Source: the human T2T-CHM13v2.0 reference genome, Homo sapiens. Taken from it: a stretch of DNA of 64,000 nt. Made by a program: the position numbers and the translations under genes. This document shows positions 61,059 through 64,000 of this stretch, piece after piece. Location: NCBI RefSeq assembly GCF_009914755.1, contig NC_060928.1; one strand, written 5' to 3'. The notes beneath the pieces are model-generated. The model was given only the letters and a program-made list of their open reading frames with translations. It was not told the DNA's origin and made no database searches. The stretch's first letter is position 1; the number at the start of each line of letters is the position of its first letter.

Positions 61059-63409
61059 TATATTAGTCTGTTTTCACACTGCTATAAAGAACTACCTGAG
61101 ACCGGGTAATTTATAAAGAAAAGAGGTTTAATTGACTCACAGTTCCACATGACTGGGGAGGTTTCAAGAAACTTACAATCATGGCAGAAGGCGAAGTTGA
61201 AGTAAGGCACGTCTTACATGGCAGCAGGAGAGAGAGAAAGAGAGTGAGGAGGGTATTGCAGTGCACTTTTAAACCATCAAATCTCATGAGAACTCACTCA
61301 CTATCATTAGAACAGCATAAGGAAAACCACACCCATGATCCAATCACCTCCCACCAGGTCCCTCCTCTGACACATGGAGATTACAATTCAAGATGAGATT
61401 TGGGCAGGGATACAGAGCAAAACCATATTATTCTGCCCCTGGCCCCTTCCAAATCTCATGTCATTCTCACATTTCAAAACACAATCATGCCTTCCCAACA
61501 GTCCCCAGAAGTCTTAACTCATTCCAGCATTAACCTAGAAATCCAAGTCCAAATTCTCATCTAAGATGAGGCAAGTCCCTTCTACCTATGAGCCTGTAAA
61601 ATCAAAAGCAAGTTAGTTACTTCCAAGATACATTGGTGGTATAGTCATTGGGTAAATGCTCCCATTCAAAAAGGGATAAATTGGCCAAACCAAGGGGCCA
61701 CAGGCCCCATGCAAGTCTGAAACTCAGCAGGACAGTCATTAAATCTTAAAGCTTCCAAATAACCACCTTCATCTCCATGTCTCAAATCCAGGGAATGCTG
61801 ATGCAAGGGGTGGGCTCCCAAGGCCTTAGGCAGCTCTGCCCCTGTGGCTCTGTAGGGTACAGCCCTCAAAACTACTTTCATGGGCTGACATGAGTGCCTA
61901 TGGCTTTTCCAGACACATGGTGCAAGCTGTCAGTGGATCTACCATTCTGGGATATGGAGGATGGTGGTCCTCTTATCACAGCTCCACTAGGCAGTGTCCC
62001 AGTGGAAATTCTGTGTGGAGTCTCCAACCCCACATTTGCCGTCTGCACTGCCCTAGTAGAGGTTCTCTGTGAGGGCTCCACCCCTATAGCAGACATCTGC
62101 CTGGACATCCAGGTATTTCCATACATCCTCTGAAATCTAGGCAGAGGTTCCCAAACTCTTGCCTTCTGCACACTCCCAGGCCCAATATCACATGGAAGCT
62201 GCCAAGACTTGAGGCTTGCAGTCTCTGAAGCAATGGCCTGAACCGTACATTGGCCCTTTTTAGCCACAGCTGGAGCTGAAGCAGGGCACCATAACCTGAA
62301 GTTGCACAGAGCAACGGAGTCTTGGGCCCGTCCCACAAACCATTTTTCCATCCTAGACCCCCAGGCCTATGAAAGGGCCTATCGTGAAGGTCTCTGACAT
62401 GCCCTGGAGACATTTTCCCCATGGTCTTGACCATTAACATTCAGGTCCTCTTTAATCGTGCAAATTTCTCCAGCCATCTTGAATTTCTCACCAGAAAACC
62501 ATTTTTCCTTTTCTATCACACGGTCAGACTGCAAATTTTCCAAAATTTTATGCTCTGCTTTCCTTTTAAACATAAGTTCCAATTCCAGACCATCTCTTTG
62601 TGAATACATATGAATGTATACTTTCAGAAACAGCCAGGTAACATCTGGAATGCTTTACTGCTTAGAAAATTTTTCTGCCAGGTACCCTAAATCATCTCTC
62701 TCAAGTTCAAAGTTCCACAGATCTCTAGGCCAGGGGCAAAATACTACCAGTCTCTTTGCTAAAGCATAGTGAGAGTGACCTTTGTTCCAGTTCCCAATGA
62801 GTTTCTCATCTCCATCTGAGACCACCTCAGCCTGGATTTCATTGTTCATATCATTATCAGCATTTTGGTCAAAACTATTCAACAAGTCTCTAAGAAGTTC
62901 CAAACTTTCCCAAATTTTCCTATCTTCTTCTCAGCCCTCCAAACTCTTCCCACCTCTGTTTGTTACACAGTTCAAAAGTTGCTTCCACATTTTCAGGTAT
63001 CTTTATACCAGTGCTTCACCATTGGTACCAATTTTCTGCATTAGTCCATTTTCACACTGCTATAAAGATACTATCTGAGACTGGGTAATTTATAAAGAAA
63101 AGAGGTTTAATTGACCCACAGTTCTGCATGGCTGGTGAAGTGACTGGAAACTTACAATCATGGCGGAAGGCAAAGGTAAAGCAAGACATGTCTTACATGG
63201 TGGCAGGACAGAGAGAGAGAGAGCAAGGGAGAACTGCCACACAGTTTTAAACCATCAAATCTCATGAAAACTCACTTACTATTAGTAGAACAGCATGGGA
63301 GAAACCACCCCCCATGAACAAACCACCTCCCACCAGGCCCCTCCCCCAACACATGAAGATTACAATTTGAGATAAGATTTGAGCAGGGACACAGAGCCAA
63401 ACCACATTA
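61059..63409 (-). mobile_element. Complete THE1D-like MaLR element: LTR 63037-63409 (5'), internal 61431-63036, LTR 61059-61430 (3')
   Basis: Two ~370-bp direct repeats (ttttcacactgctataaag...ctgag) flank a 1.6-kb interior with THE1 ORF remnants on the minus strand (DLLNSFDQNADNDMNNEIQAEVVSDGDE...RDLWNFELERDDLGYLAE). Confidence 0.94.
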
Positions 63410-64000
63410 CCACACTTGCAGACTACTTGATTTCTCCTGGTGCTAGGAACTTTAGGTGTTCTACCAGACAAACTGGTGCTGTTTCATAGGCATCAACCCT
63501 CTCTATCCACTTAGGTTGTAACTTCCTTTGCTTTCATGAATCAACTGCAATTCCGCTGTCAGCTTTATATTTTTCCAAAATGTTTAAAAATTTGTTCTAT
63601 GATGTTCTATCATTCTATTATTCTTGGTGATTAATCTTTTTTTTCTAATTTACTATCTTTTGATGCTGAGAGAGAGAGAAAATAAACACGTAAGTTCAAT
63701 CTATTGTGCGTATGAAGAAATAGTCTTCAACACGTTTTGCAGGAAAGAAATAAAATACAATCCAATAAGAATAAATATAAAAGCAGGTAAAAAAATATTT
63801 CTCCATTACTAGGCCCAAGAGGAGTGAAGAAAATGAGGTCCAAGAGTTGTATTTTGATAAATTATATTACAAACCAGTCAATACTAAATCTGGAGTTCTT
63901 CTTTCATCTCTGTTTTATTTTTCAATATTTCTTCTACCGTTTTGACTGTGAAGTGAATTGGCACACACTAAATACAGGGAAAGTGGAGATATTTTAAGCA

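Noticed and set aside
61054-63414. THE1D target-site duplication
   Set aside because: Flanks ccagc and ccaca match at only 3 of 5 positions, so no TSD is claimed.

Overview
AT-rich primate (almost certainly human or great ape) non-coding DNA, intergenic or deep intronic. I found no recognisable protein-coding exon, RNA gene, CRISPR array or CpG island. The window is dominated by transposon fossils: a full-length but dead L1PA4-6-type LINE-1 (42.7-48.8 kb), several older or truncated L1s (one with a twin-priming inversion), Alus/FLAMs, a complete THE1D-type MaLR element, an MLT2A solo LTR, MIR/L2 remnants, hAT and TcMar DNA transposons, and one RPL36A processed pseudogene. Signals the standard repeats do not explain: (i) a ~155-bp, ~92%-identical inverted duplication of apparently unique sequence at 39.6/41.0 kb, with an adjacent hairpin and a templated insertion; (ii) an ancient L2-clade ORF2 C-terminus still readable in one frame at 33.1-33.5 kb; (iii) a probable MER121 conserved element at 19.3-19.7 kb; (iv) two exon-shaped minus-strand segments lying downstream of two minus-pointing retroelement promoters. 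I cannot support a claim of a new biological system. Repeat subfamily names come from remembered consensus sequences and need RepeatMasker/Dfam confirmation.
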